A stretch of 63,662 nucleotides of DNA, filler included, from Collodictyon triciliatum (taxonomy: Eukaryota): the NCBI GenBank assembly GCA_043381765.1. It is 55 parts of 55 records of this genome, joined end to end, with 100 filler letters (N's around TTAATTAATTAA, not from the genome) between each part and the next. Parts side by side here need not be neighbours in the genome. Positions count along the whole stretch, not along the records: positions 38,344 to 39,400 come from JBHJMP010012488.1; positions 39,501 to 40,556 come from JBHJMP010012489.1; positions 40,657 to 41,713 come from JBHJMP010012490.1; positions 41,814 to 42,870 come from JBHJMP010012491.1; positions 42,971 to 44,027 come from JBHJMP010012492.1; positions 44,128 to 45,184 come from JBHJMP010012493.1; positions 45,285 to 46,340 come from JBHJMP010012494.1; positions 46,441 to 47,496 come from JBHJMP010012495.1; 47 more parts are not named here. One strand, given 5' to 3'. The notes beneath the pieces are model-generated. The model worked only from the letters and a program-made list of their open reading frames with translations, searched no databases and had not been told where the DNA came from. The translations under genes and the position numbers were made by a program. This document shows positions 38,599-50,708 of the stretch, piece after piece (position 1 is the stretch's first letter; each line of letters begins with the position of its first letter).

Positions 38599-39128
38599 GT
38601 CGTATTTATTGGAGAACCTGGAGTGGGTATTAATTTCTTTATTATGGGCAATATGTTGGATATCACAAAGGGTGTAATTTATTAAATATAATGATCATAT
38701 CGTTAAAATGAGAAATCTTAGGGAAGACTTCAATCATACAGCGCTATACGAAAAACACATTCAAGACAAACTACTTGGCCACTGTAGGAGGTGTGTTAAT
38801 AAATACCATATGATTTTGTCTGCGAATTTCATGATTAAGTGATTTCATCTTCCACGATAATATTCCATATACTATTACACATCAGTCTATTTCCAAGTGA
38901 AGAGGATAAAAATAGATGGAAAGACTGTTGACCTAGGGGTACGTTGATGATTTTGTTGACGTATCAAACTTATCTGATTTTTTTGCTTTCTGTTGTTTAT
39001 TTTCCTATAGAATGTATATTTATTGGCTTTTTTTTAGATTTGGGACACTGAAGGTATAATTTAACTGACCTCCAGTTACCTCGTCTACATTTTGTTGTCA
39101 TTTGGAAATGAATCTCGAAGAGACCTAT

Positions 39129-39175
<47 letters not shown>

Positions 39176-39289
39176 TTTCAATTATATTTATTTCAATGAT
39201 TTTTTTTATTCTTCCTTTCAACTTTTGTGCAGGACCGTGGGGAATATCTATTTCAATGATATGCGATACCTTCGATTTTGTTTATAACG
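38599..39289 (+). CDS. Divergent Rab-like small GTPase on very short exons, possibly a pseudogene
   Basis: Spliced VVFIGEPGV|GKTSIIQRYTKNTFKTNYLATVG|VYFQVKRIKIDGKTVDLG|IWDTE. Confidence 0.75.
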
Positions 39290-39541
39290 GTACTTTTGTC
39301 CTATGTATGTATGTATGTATGTATGTATGTATGTATGTATGTATGTATGTATGTATGTATGTATGTATGTATGTATGTATGTATGTATGTATGTATGTAT
39401 NNNNNNNNNNNNNNNNNNNNNNNNNNNNNNNNNNNNNNNNNNNNTTAATTAATTAANNNNNNNNNNNNNNNNNNNNNNNNNNNNNNNNNNNNNNNNNNNN
39501 TTTCTTCTGTTATGAAAAACCCCATTACACTTAGCAAGAAT

Positions 39542-40309
39542 TTATTCCTCTGGAATTACACGCAGCGTAAACGAATAGTCTTGTAACAGATTAATTGTTC
39601 GTCCCAGTCTATCTACCAATCGGAAATTCCAGCTGAACGGGATATAACTACAGTCCATCAGATTCTCTAATATATTGTCATTGACCTCGTAATAACTTGA
39701 ATATCTCGCTCCAAGACCAAGTGGGATTTTGCTGATTATTCCGTTACCTCCGATGTTGCTGGCAAAACTTGAACTCTGAATGTTCGGGGACACAAGGTAT
39801 ACATAATCAAAAGGTCGAATATTGACTGTATTCTGTAGCTCTACAAAAGACGTGTTGAATGTGAGATTCGCTGTCAGTCCTATGAGCTCTCTACATGTAC
39901 TAGAATTCACAAACAGTTGGATTGAAATACTCGGACCGTCTCCCTTGATTGCTATTTTTTGCTTGCCGCTAAGATACGACACAGAAACAGCTAATGCGGC
40001 TGACTGGGATGCCGTAACTGCGTTCATTTTTGTTCGTATGTCACTGACGATTTCTTGTATAGTTAACAAGCCAGTTTCTAGTGAAACATTGTATGAAACG
40101 GGGCTGCCTGCTCCCACCTGACACAGAAAAGCTAATTCGTTGTTGGCGGTTGTGACATTGTGTACGGCATTCGGTATCTGGATGCTTTCTAATCCGATTT
40201 TTGCTTTACTCGACACGTACCTGTTTTGCGTTGTCGCGAAATTAAAGTCTGCGATACTTCCGCTTTCTCGGTTGGCAGAATCAACATAAATGTAAAACGC
40301 TTTATCCAT
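39542..40309 (-). CDS. Polinton-like virus minor capsid (penton) protein, complete
   Basis: MDKAFYIYVDSANRESGSIADF, LESIQIPNAVHNVTTANN, YVYLVSPNI, IISKIP, FRLVDRLGRTINL..DYSFTL: the motif order of PLV single-jelly-roll pentons; intronless. Confidence 0.85.
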   Translation of the reverse strand: MDKAFYIYVDSANRESGSIADFNFATTQNRYVSSKAKIGLESIQIPNAVHNVTTANNELAFLCQVGAGSPVSYNVSLETGLLTIQEIVSDIRTKMNAVTASQSAALAVSVSYLSGKQKIAIKGDGPSISIQLFVNSSTCRELIGLTANLTFNTSFVELQNTVNIRPFDYVYLVSPNIQSSSFASNIGGNGIISKIPLGLGARYSSYYEVNDNILENLMDCSYIPFSWNFRLVDRLGRTINLLQDYSFTLRVIPEE

Positions 40310-40341
40310 ACTCTTGCCAGAAATTATTTCTCTGCGGTTGT
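40310..40341. promoter_or_regulatory. Candidate bidirectional viral promoter
   Basis: 32-bp divergent intergenic region containing the inverted repeat AGAAAT-T-ATTTCT (40319-40331). Confidence 0.45.
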
Positions 40342-40556
40342 ATGAGCGACCCCGAAAATATAGATACCATTGAGAAACCAAAAAAGAAACGCGTAGTATC
40401 AGAAAAACAGAGAGCCCACCTTGCCAAAATTCAACCTAAAGCGACAGAAGCTAAAAAAAGAACAAGGAAATCGTTCAGACCGTCAAGAAATACGAGGCCG
40501 TCAAAAAACCCATTCACGACTATTCTTCGTTACAGCACGACGTGTCCTTGATCAAA
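40342..40556 (+). CDS. Small basic viral protein, N-terminus, probable frameshift in an A-run
   Basis: KPKKKRVVSEKQRAHLAK resembles basic proteins common in PLVs; the -1 frame after the A7 run at about 40453-40459 reads KNKEIVQTVKKYEAVKKPIHDY... open to contig end. Confidence 0.5.
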
Positions 40557-40656
40557 NNNNNNNNNNNNNNNNNNNNNNNNNNNNNNNNNNNNNNNNNNNN
40601 TTAATTAATTAANNNNNNNNNNNNNNNNNNNNNNNNNNNNNNNNNNNNNNNNNNNN

Positions 40657-40690
<34 letters not shown>

Positions 40691-40850
40691 GAACAAGTGA
40701 GGATGAGTGAAAAATTTAAACCTAATCATTCGAAGCATCGATTATCGCCACGGGGCCGCCATGCAGAAAGGTAATTAGTGCCAAATCATGTGGACTTGTT
40801 GTTTATCGATTACTAAGATTTATGCTCATTATGGCGATTGATTCACACAC

Positions 40851-41658
40851 CTTGTTCTGGCTGATGTCGATGGAACTCAGATTCACCAGGAGGGAGATGT
40901 TGGCTGGAAGCGTGGATATCTATTTATTTATTATTTAAAGAGGGTTTAATTACAATCAAATGACTAATAGAATGGATTACCGAATTATAGGAATGTCTCG
41001 TTAAAAAAAAGGATTTAGTTACCTGGTTGGTGGATATATCGAGTGATGCAACGAGCGTCAATGTGCAGATGGCTGCAGGCAATACATCGAGCTTTGGTGT
41101 GCAAGTATTTGTCAGAACACTCTGATTTATGATAGACTGGTATATATATGCTTTTTTTTTTAATTATTCAAGTACTCGTACCTTGTTGTTGCTGATGCTG
41201 AGATTTGTGAGATTTGTCAAGCTCGATATGTATGCTGGCAATGAATATATCTGTTATTGTTGTTTGTTTGTTTGTTTGTTTGTTTGTTTGTTTGTTTGTT
41301 TGTTTGTTTGTTTGTTTGTTTGTTTGTTTGTTTGTTTGTTTGTTTGTTTAAAAAAGTAATTACTTTGATTTCTAACAAATAGGGTTAAGGAATATGAGAG
41401 TATTCGATTTATTTATGAAAGTTTTAAGAACCTGGTTGTTGCATATATCGAGCGATGCAACGAGTGTTAACGTGCAGATGGCTGCAGGAAAGATGTCGAG
41501 CTGAAGTGTGTATGCGTTTATGAGTCCACTTTCACCTACGATGCGCCACGCGTGTTGTTTCCTGGATATGCATTCCAATATTTATATACCTTGTTGTTGC
41601 CGATGCTGAGATTTGTGAGGTTCGTCAAGCTCGATATGTTTGGTGGCAACCTGGATAT
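40851..41658 (-). CDS. Leucine-rich repeat protein, five 69-nt exons
   Basis: Exons 41658-41590, 41500-41432, 41250-41182, 41091-41023 and 40919-40851, each one 23-aa LRR (e.g. ISRLPPNISSLTNLTNLSIGNNK) with GT-AG introns. Confidence 0.9.
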
Positions 41659-42970
41659 CTATTATTTACACTTTTTATTTGTTGAAAAGCTGTAATAGAA
41701 AAAAATCAATCACNNNNNNNNNNNNNNNNNNNNNNNNNNNNNNNNNNNNNNNNNNNNTTAATTAATTAANNNNNNNNNNNNNNNNNNNNNNNNNNNNNNN
41801 NNNNNNNNNNNNNAACATAAACATAAACATAAACATAAACATAAACATAAACATAAACATAAACATAAACATAAACATAAACATAAACATAAACATAAAC
41901 ATAAACATAAACATAGATATAGATATAGATACAGACATAGACATAGACATAGACATAGACATAGACATAGACATAGACATAGATTTAGATATAGTCACTA
42001 TACTTCGAGTTTTACAGGTACAATACCTTGACTGGGATTCGTATATTGGAGCCTTCGTTCGCAGTGACCTTTGAAGTATCATTTGTTTGTACTTCGCCAC
42101 TTTCTGGTCGGGTTGGAGAAGCAAACGATGGAGTATACGTCGAGCGGATTCTGCAGAGAACGGTATAAGTGAATTAGGGTAAGTTCTGTCGCATATTAAA
42201 AAAAAACTACTGCGTTGTGCAAGTAGGAAGTCACTAATCAATGTTCATATTTGGTGCAACATGCAGAGACCAGGAAATAAAGGTATCCGCAATGATGCTA
42301 ATTGCACTTTTCTTTTCCCCACTGGGAAACTGAAAACCTTCTCAAGCTCGATAATAGGTTTCTGTGGTTTTCAAAGGAGAGGAAGGAAAAGGTAGTACTC
42401 TGCTTGAGAAGTGTTCGGTAGAATGTCCATGGACTCTTCAGCAGATTCGTTCATGGCAGAGCACCGACGTTGTCTGTTGAGAAGCGATTGAACTTGCACG
42501 GGCTTTTCCTATCCTTCACAAGGAGGCAGATATTAGAGGCGAAGCAAGTTCAGGCGCTTTGAGGAAAATGGTGGGTTGACCAGGCGGTGTTGATCCAGTG
42601 GGCACATGTTTCCACTTTTTTCTCTCTTGTGTGACAGATAAGGCTGTCGGGCTGTGTTTTTGCTTGTTCATATATTTTTTCTCATATGCTGTTGTTTGGT
42701 TTTCTGTCTCGTTTTCTGTCTCTTTTTTTCTCTTTTTTCTCTTTTTTCTCTTTTTCTCTTTTTTCTCTTTTTTCTCTTTTTTTCTCTTTTTTTCTCTTTT
42801 TTTCTCTTTTTTTCTCTTTTTTTCTCTTTTTTTCTCTTTTTTTCTCTTTTTTTCTCTTTTTTTCTCTTTTNNNNNNNNNNNNNNNNNNNNNNNNNNNNNN
42901 NNNNNNNNNNNNNNTTAATTAATTAANNNNNNNNNNNNNNNNNNNNNNNNNNNNNNNNNNNNNNNNNNNN

Positions 42971-44026
42971 CTGTGTTGACTCGGTCGTGGTAGTTGTGGG
43001 TGTTTCTGTGGCTATGGTTGTTGTATTTGTTTCGGAAGTTATTATTGGTGTCTCAGCATGCGTCCTTCGCAATTTTGGCGTTGATAGTTTCTTTCTGTGT
43101 TGTGCGGGTGACGCTACGGCCTCTGCGGTGGGAAGTTGTGTGTTTTCCGGCGAGGCTGTCAGCTCTGTGCTCGCTCTTTTTGGGCTAGGGTTTGTGCGAG
43201 CAATATACATGGGTGTTACAGCATGCTGGTAGTTTGCTTTGTTAGGGGTGCCCTCGAATGTTGGGAATTTCGGTGTGAAGCTGACGCTGCTCTGGGGTGT
43301 TCCTGATGCAGTCCCTGTTTCTTGGGACGCAGGAGAGAGATAGAGCGAGTCGTTGCTGGAGTTTGCTTCTTTAGGGCTATTCGATTTTTGCACGTGCTTT
43401 GCTGGGGTCACATCAGGGCTCCTATGGAGCATGAAGCTGGCTATGTTCGTTTGTTTTGACGAGTTGGATTGAGGCGCAGATGAAGGTCTTTCTACTCTCG
43501 GTGGTTTAGATTGGTGTTTGGAGCTCGGGTTTGCTGCTGGTGTATTTGGTGTAGTCGTCTTCCTCTCAGGGGTTCTTCCAGTCGAAGACGCTGAGCCTTG
43601 CTCCATTTGTTCGGTTGATTTCAGGATGATGCGCGTTTCCAAAGTCTCATTTGCTTTCTTTGGGAGTTCCTTGCGAGAGGAGCTTCTTGGTTGGGTGGCG
43701 GTAATGGGCTGAGGTGGTTCATCGTCCTCGTCTTCCATGGCTTCGGGTGATGGTGTCCGAGAGGGTTGGGCCCGTCTTTCACCCCTGGATTGCGTGGGTT
43801 GCGAGGGTTTGCGGTTTTGTTTACCATGGTATTTGCCCTGGTGCTTGATATGTTTGGTATCGTGTTTAGGCTTCTCCTTCCGGTCGGGGAGTATAAAGGG
43901 GACGAGGAATCCTTGCAAGTTTATTTTCTTTTTTGGCACTCTGGACAGTTCTGATGCCGGGAACTTGACCAGCGCGTCATTGGTCCAGATGCCGTCCACA
44001 ACTTCATAGTAAACTATGGTAGGCGA
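42971..44026 (-). CDS. Possible LINE ORF1 (RRM tail followed by long S/T/P-rich region)
   Basis: Intronless 1-kb frame; DGIWTNDALVKF...VPKKKINLQGFLVPF resembles the end of the L1/Tx1 ORF1 RRM. Confidence 0.45.
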
Positions 44027-44127
44027 ANNNNNNNNNNNNNNNNNNNNNNNNNNNNNNNNNNNNNNNNNNNNTTAATTAATTAANNNNNNNNNNNNNNNNN
44101 NNNNNNNNNNNNNNNNNNNNNNNNNNN

Positions 44128-45156
44128 AATTTAATACCGGCGGGATATTTTGGCAATTTTGAATTAATACGTGTTTCTGATAGTGGTAATGGTACATGGT
44201 TAATAACTAATTTAAATGTTTATGATAGTTCAGGAACGAAACGAGAAATCGGGAGTTTATCAATTGCTAATAATTTAAGTATTGATGGGTCATTTTCAAC
44301 TAATGGAATAAATATAAATAGGAATTTTATATGGACACCACCGGCAGGAGTTGTACAAACATTAATATATGATATTGGAACTCATGGATCATATGTTCAA
44401 ATTAATGCAGTAAATAACAATCAGACAGTGTTTATAACTTTACCAAATTTAAATATTGCAGGATATCAAAATAAGACATTTTTATTAACTTTTGATTTAA
44501 TATTAGATAATGCAAGAACTCAAACAAACGGCGTTTTTTCTTATTCATCACCGACAGTTAGATTATCAACGGGAAACAGACCGGCACAAGAATATAATGG
44601 AAATTTAGTATATGAGCCTAGAAGTTGGAGACTTGACACACCAGGGGGTGCACTAACAAGAAGAGATTATAGAGGAGGTCCAATATCATTTTTAGTTAGT
44701 ACAAATTCTAATTATACATGGTATCGTCCTATAACAAATGATGATGATTTTATAGAAGATGTAGGATCGATAAATTGTATTTTTTCAAATCCTGATTATT
44801 ATATAAATGTTAATAATTTAAATCAAGGGATAACATTTTATAAATATAATGAAGTAATAGGGGCACCATCAGGAACAAATGTTATTTTAAATTTTGAAAC
44901 TTTAACATTTACCGATAATAAATTTACTATATATTTTACTATGACGTCGGGAAATTCTACCGGTAATTTTAATATAAGAAATAATATGTCACCAGGTGAT
45001 ATAGTTAATATATATTCTCAAGGATCAGTATCAACTTTAGCGGTTGCAGGTAGTACCAACAGAGACGGTCAATCATTTTTAAGATGTACATATTATCATA
45101 GTAGATTCGGAAACCCTCAAAATGTATGGGTAATACATGTACTAAACTCAATATAA
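44128..45156 (+). CDS. AT-rich, beta-strand-rich N/T/G/I protein, C-terminal part; probable viral fibre or structural protein
   Basis: Open from contig start to TAA at 45156, intronless, strong A/T third-position bias, fibre-like composition. Confidence 0.5.
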   Translation, partial: NLIPAGYFGNFELIRVSDSGNGTWLITNLNVYDSSGTKREIGSLSIANNLSIDGSFSTNGININRNFIWTPPAGVVQTLIYDIGTHGSYVQINAVNNNQTVFITLPNLNIAGYQNKTFLLTFDLILDNARTQTNGVFSYSSPTVRLSTGNRPAQEYNGNLVYEPRSWRLDTPGGALTRRDYRGGPISFLVSTNSNYTWYRPITNDDDFIEDVGSINCIFSNPDYYINVNNLNQGITFYKYNEVIGAPSGTNVILNFETLTFTDNKFTIYFTMTSGNSTGNFNIRNNMSPGDIVNIYSQGSVSTLAVAGSTNRDGQSFLRCTYYHSRFGNPQNVWVIHVLNSI

Positions 45157-45284
45157 ATATTATGATTTTTAAATAATACATATANNNNNNNNNNNNNNNN
45201 NNNNNNNNNNNNNNNNNNNNNNNNNNNNTTAATTAATTAANNNNNNNNNNNNNNNNNNNNNNNNNNNNNNNNNNNNNNNNNNNN

Positions 45285-46340
45285 ACATGAAATGCATATT
45301 AATTGACTGAATGAACCGTTTTTGTTGTTAAATGTTCCAGCTGGACATGACGTGCATGATGCTTGACCATCTCTATCATTCCAAGTACCTTGTGGACATT
45401 CAATGCATGATTTGTCTCCATATGAGCCGGAGTTTGAGTTGAATGTACCTTTTGGACAAGCGTTGCATGATTCCGAATCTTTTGTGATTCCTTCTTTTTG
45501 ATAGAATCCTGATGGGCATAGGCTGCACGATAAGCTTCCAACCGAGCTATAGCTTCCATTTGGACATGAAATGCATATTAATTGACTGAATGAACCGTTT
45601 TTGTTGTTAAATGTTCCAGCTGGACATGACGTGCATGATGCTTGACCATCTCTATCATTCCAGGTTCCTTGTGGACATTCAATACATGATTTGTTTCCAT
45701 ATGAGCCGGAGTTTGAGTTGAATGTGCCTTTTGGGCATGTATGACATGATTCTGAGTCTTTTTTGATTCCCTCTTTCTGATAGAATCCTGATAAACATAG
45801 GCTGCATGATGCGCTTCTTTCTGAGCTGTAGCTTCCATTTGGACATGAAATGCACGAGTATTGATTGAATGAGCCAGTTTTGTTGTTAAATGTCCCAGCT
45901 GGACATGACGTGCATGATGCTTGACCATCTCTATCATTCCAAGTACCTTGTGGACATTCAATACATGATTTGTTTCCATATGAGCCGGAGTTTGAGTTGA
46001 ATGCGCCTTTTGGACATGCATAGCATGATTTTGAGTCTTTTGTCTTTCCCTCTTTTTGATATAATCCTGGTGAACAAAAAATGCATGATGAGCTACTTTC
46101 TGAGCTGTAGCTTCCATTTGGACATGGTTTACATGATAATACATCAAATGAGCCAGTTTTGTTGTTGAATGTACCAGCTGGACATGATGTGCATGATGCT
46201 TGACCATCTCTATCATTCCAAGTACCTTGTGGACATTCAATGCATGACTTATTTCCATATGAGCCGGAGTTTGAGTTGAATGAGCCTTTTGGACAAGTAT
46301 GGCATGATTGTGAGTCTTTTATAATTTCTTCTTTTTGATA
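45285..46340 (-). CDS. GCC2/GCC3-type cysteine-rich repeat protein with a 279-bp (93-aa) higher-order repeat
   Basis: True frame has no Met, so the ORF track shows off-frame ORFs: YQKE...SCHTCPKGSFNSNSGSYGNKSCIECPQGTWNDRDGQASCTSCPAGTFNNK...; same family as 20956-22015. Confidence 0.85.
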
Positions 46341-46440
46341 NNNNNNNNNNNNNNNNNNNNNNNNNNNNNNNNNNNNNNNNNNNNTTAATTAATTAANNNN
46401 NNNNNNNNNNNNNNNNNNNNNNNNNNNNNNNNNNNNNNNN

Positions 46441-46534
<94 letters not shown>

Positions 46535-46572
46535 GCTGTTATCTTGGTCCTTTGAATTCATCACACATATAC

Positions 46573-47308
46573 CTCTGCTAGCTCTAGAGCTTTCTCATAC
46601 ATCTTAGTTGCTTGACTGATTGCACCACCACTAAAGGCTTCTTTTCCAGCCTTCGCAAATAACTAGCGGTTTTTATGTTTTGCTTGGTAATTAGACAGTG
46701 AAGTAAACTAAAGTTCATTATATTATATAGCTATACGCACTAAATGGTTGTATTTTATAAAAAAGATAGGGTGTGTGCATCTTTTCTTCTTTAGAACACA
46801 AGAAAAACAATCCATGCGAAACGGGGCATTCCATCGACATGATTGTCACAAATATTTTTAAAAAAATACAAATCCTTACATGCATCGCCTTTTCTTCTTG
46901 TTTGGCGACGATAAGATGCTCAGCAAGGTCGCCAGTCGAAATAAAGGAGTCATGAAATGTCTCAGAGTCTGAAAAAGAAACAATCTGCAAACATAAAGCA
47001 ATATGCAAAGCGTCATGATTACATATATCCAGCATACTTGAGATATCGCTCCGTTTTTACATAATCATTTCAACCAACCACCAACCTGGGTACTGACCAT
47101 AGTGCGGTTTTCTACGGTAACAAGGCCTCTGACAATACTCAAAATAGTTCGGTTGGAAAATCTGTACACTGCAGCTTCGATAGTCTCCTGATCTAAATTC
47201 AGGCGAGAATTATCAAGGACAATTTGAAAAGGTCTTGTAGATACCGGTTGCTTGACATATTTCTCAAGTAAGCCTTTGGAAACGAGCTCTGAAAGAGATT
47301 GGTCCACT
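46573..47308 (-). CDS. STAND-type (soluble adenylyl cyclase-like) winged-helix/TPR region, three exons
   Basis: LSELVSKGLLE...YRFSNRTIL; DLAEHLIVAKQEEKAMH|LFAKAGKEAFSGGAISQATKMYEKALELAE. Confidence 0.5.
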
Positions 47309-47762
47309 CTGATTTACATGATAGATTTGCTCATATTAGATAAGAAATATGATAAGATTTTTATCTGCAAAATCTTATTGTTTTGTTCTTGATTTGGTTC
47401 ATTTCCGATAAAATAGTATTTGCCATATATACATAAAGATAGTTGTTTCTTAATCAAACAGAATCCATTTATATTATTTGTAATGTGATAACCTTTNNNN
47501 NNNNNNNNNNNNNNNNNNNNNNNNNNNNNNNNNNNNNNNNTTAATTAATTAANNNNNNNNNNNNNNNNNNNNNNNNNNNNNNNNNNNNNNNNNNNNAAAC
47601 AATAAAACAATAAAACAATAAAACAATAAAACAATAAAACAATAAAACAATAAAACAATAAAACAATAAAACAATAAAACAATAAAACAAAAAAAAACAC
47701 ACAACATCTTCACACACAAAACACACAAAGGGATTCCAGGGGAAATACATGCTGTAAAATAG

Positions 47763-48254
47763 AACCATCCCTAAAAATTCAGTTTGTTATCACTATTATG
47801 ACTGATAATGTTTCGTTATTTCTATCCAAAGGGTATTGCCGGAGTGACTGCGCTCACAGGAAAAACATGCAATATTCAAGAGGCGTCATCTGTATGTTAC
47901 AATAATTTCTTGCATACATTAGAATTTAATAAGCTCGACTTAACTATCTGGATTGATATACAAAATAGGACGAGCGATACGTCCCTGATATTGATGACTC
48001 TGACTCTGGTGCTACGAGCATTCTCTGTGTGCCAGTCAAAGACCCGATAAGCTCCAAGGTGATTTTTCCTCCTCCTCTGTGGCCCCGATTTAATTTATCT
48101 CAAGCTTGAGGCATATGACTGATTATCAGTTTGTGTTGTAGTAGTGAATTGTTTGGGTATAAAATAGATTGTTGGTGTTCTGAAAGCGGTTAATAAGAAC
48201 GATGAGGATATCCAAGGAGCCATAGTGGTAAGTTTCTCTCAGAATCTCACTCGA

Positions 48255-48341
<87 letters not shown>

Positions 48342-48652
48342 TACTTCCTGGTCGATTTGTTGTCATATAATTGGCTTGTATTTTTCGACCAACATTTACG
48401 TTTGATCTGTCTAGCCTTTTATTCCGCAAGACGAAGCATACCTTCAAACAATCGCCTCACAAACCGGTACTACGCAGCTTCCTTCATCACCCTTTCTTTG
48501 TCATCACAAAAGACGCATATATTCTCACTCATCTAAAATTTTAACTAGGTGTTCACATAAGAAATGCAAAATTATACAAAGCATCCGTGACAACACAGCA
48601 TCGAATTTCTGTAATGCTAGACTTGTCTCGTCAGATGTCGTCAGAGCTGAAC
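47763..48652 (+). CDS. GAF-domain protein (first GAF), upstream part of the gene continued at 32454-31397
   Basis: GIAGVTALTGKTCNI|DERY...SILCVPV|IVGVLKAVNK|PFIPQDEAYL|GVHIRNAKLY. Confidence 0.85.
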
Positions 48653-48752
48653 NNNNNNNNNNNNNNNNNNNNNNNNNNNNNNNNNNNNNNNNNNNNTTAA
48701 TTAATTAANNNNNNNNNNNNNNNNNNNNNNNNNNNNNNNNNNNNNNNNNNNN

Positions 48753-48845
<93 letters not shown>

Positions 48846-50572
48846 TAATCATCGTAACAAAATCTTTGAATCGAATAAAGAAAAAAAATCATCATAACAA
48901 AATAAATATTGCGACAGAAATGCTCAAACATTATTAAAGAAGAGATTTCTCCAGCGACTAATGATTGTGAACAATTTTGGTGGCTTGTGGTTGCGATGGT
49001 AGTCGAATAGCCCTCCCCAGAAATCTAGATAATATCACCACGTTTATTTTGTATTCATATTAGAATTTATAATTTTCTTGTGATAAGAATTTAATGATTG
49101 GGGACTACCGATTGGGATGCATGTCATCGTATTGTAAACAATACAAAAATGAATAAGAAAATTAAAATTATTACTAGAAATCTGCAAAATCAACAGATCA
49201 AGAAAGGTAAGGGAGGAAGCCTGACACAATATGTAAATATATGATAATAAAAAATAGATGAGCAATCAATAAAAAAATCAATTAGCAATTAGTAATAAGA
49301 AAAAAATATGCCGTGAAGTAAATCAGAGATAATAATGGATTCTAATATGCAAAGTTCCAAGCTCACCAAAGAAACGCACAGGATCTTCTTTTAAGGTAGC
49401 GGGTGTCCGGATCGCGTCTGAGTCGGCAGAAGAACTGCGCACATCGACTGGATAACGACAGGCGCGACTGAACCCGCCGCCCGCTAAACAATGATAGAGA
49501 CGAATGGCGACAAGAAAGGTTTTTACGAAAAATTACTAATATAAAATGCACACATGTAAATTTTGACCTTAAAGATAATAATATCAAGAATAAAAAATCA
49601 AGAATAAAAAATCAAGAATAAAAAATCAAGAATAAAAAAAATCAAGAATAAAAAAAATCAAGAATAAAAAAAATCAAGAAAAAAAATCAAGAATAAAAAA
49701 ATCAAGGATAAAAAAATCAAGAATAAAAAAGAATAAAAAAGAATAAAAAAGAATAAAAAAGAATAAAAAAGAATAAAAAAGAATAAAAAAGAATAAAAAG
49801 AATAAAAANNNNNNNNNNNNNNNNNNNNNNNNNNNNNNNNNNNNNNNNNNNNTTAATTAATTAANNNNNNNNNNNNNNNNNNNNNNNNNNNNNNNNNNNN
49901 NNNNNNNNTATTTTATTTTATTTTATTTTATTTTATTTTATTTTATTTTATTTTATTTTATTTTATTTTATTTTATTTTATTTTATTTTATTTTATTTTA
50001 TTTTTTCCCCTCTGCTTTTCCTTATGACAACTCATGCGTCGAACCTATATAAATCGTATAATGATGGGGCATTTGCAACTGGTCCCAGTATGCATCATTC
50101 AATGGAAGAAGATCCCTTGCAGTCGAGCGAGGTTTGATGCCTTGCGTGCGTGCAGTTTTCTCTCTCAGCGCACCAACATGGCCGGGCATTAGAAAATACG
50201 AAAGGGAAATGAAAGCGGATTCATTAGAAGGCTGCAGAAAGTGCGCCGAATGAAACAGCACGCTAATGAACAGTTCAATGATGATTTTTTTGTTCATTGA
50301 ACGAGCATTTGTATACCTACTATATATATTGTTAGCTGCATTTGTATATTTTACTTATTAAATAAAGCATTCATTTATTGAGGGTTCATAATATTTACAT
50401 TATATTTTCCACATATAATGATACCCTGTTGGGAATTTTATTTATTTGGAAGTGTGAGTAAAACAAAAATTTTGCTGGGTTTGTTTGTACACATATTTGT
50501 TCAGTGCGACATGGTTTGAGGCTAGCCAAGATGTCAATTTTCATCCAATCCATGTTTCTAGTTACTATCATA

Positions 50573-50708
50573 TATGCTAGAAGGGGTACTAATCTTTCGA
50601 TTGGTAAACCTGGTGCACTAGTATCCAATGTCTCACCACTTGTTTCACAAGGATTGTGTAGTGGTGAAGGCTGCCAGGGAAGACCCAACAGCCTGTTATT
50701 TAGAGGAA
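50573..50708 (-). ncRNA. Candidate Fanzor omegaRNA scaffold / element right end, copy 1
   Basis: Three predicted hairpins, conserved with 59396-59533(+). Confidence 0.65.

Noticed and set aside
40451-40461. Programmed -1 frameshift in the basic viral ORF
   Set aside because: The A-run is not phased as a canonical X XXY YYZ heptamer; a homopolymer indel or mutation is more likely.
45299-46258. His/Met-rich repeat ORFs in the ORF track
   Set aside because: Off-frame shadows of the cysteine-rich repeat frame.
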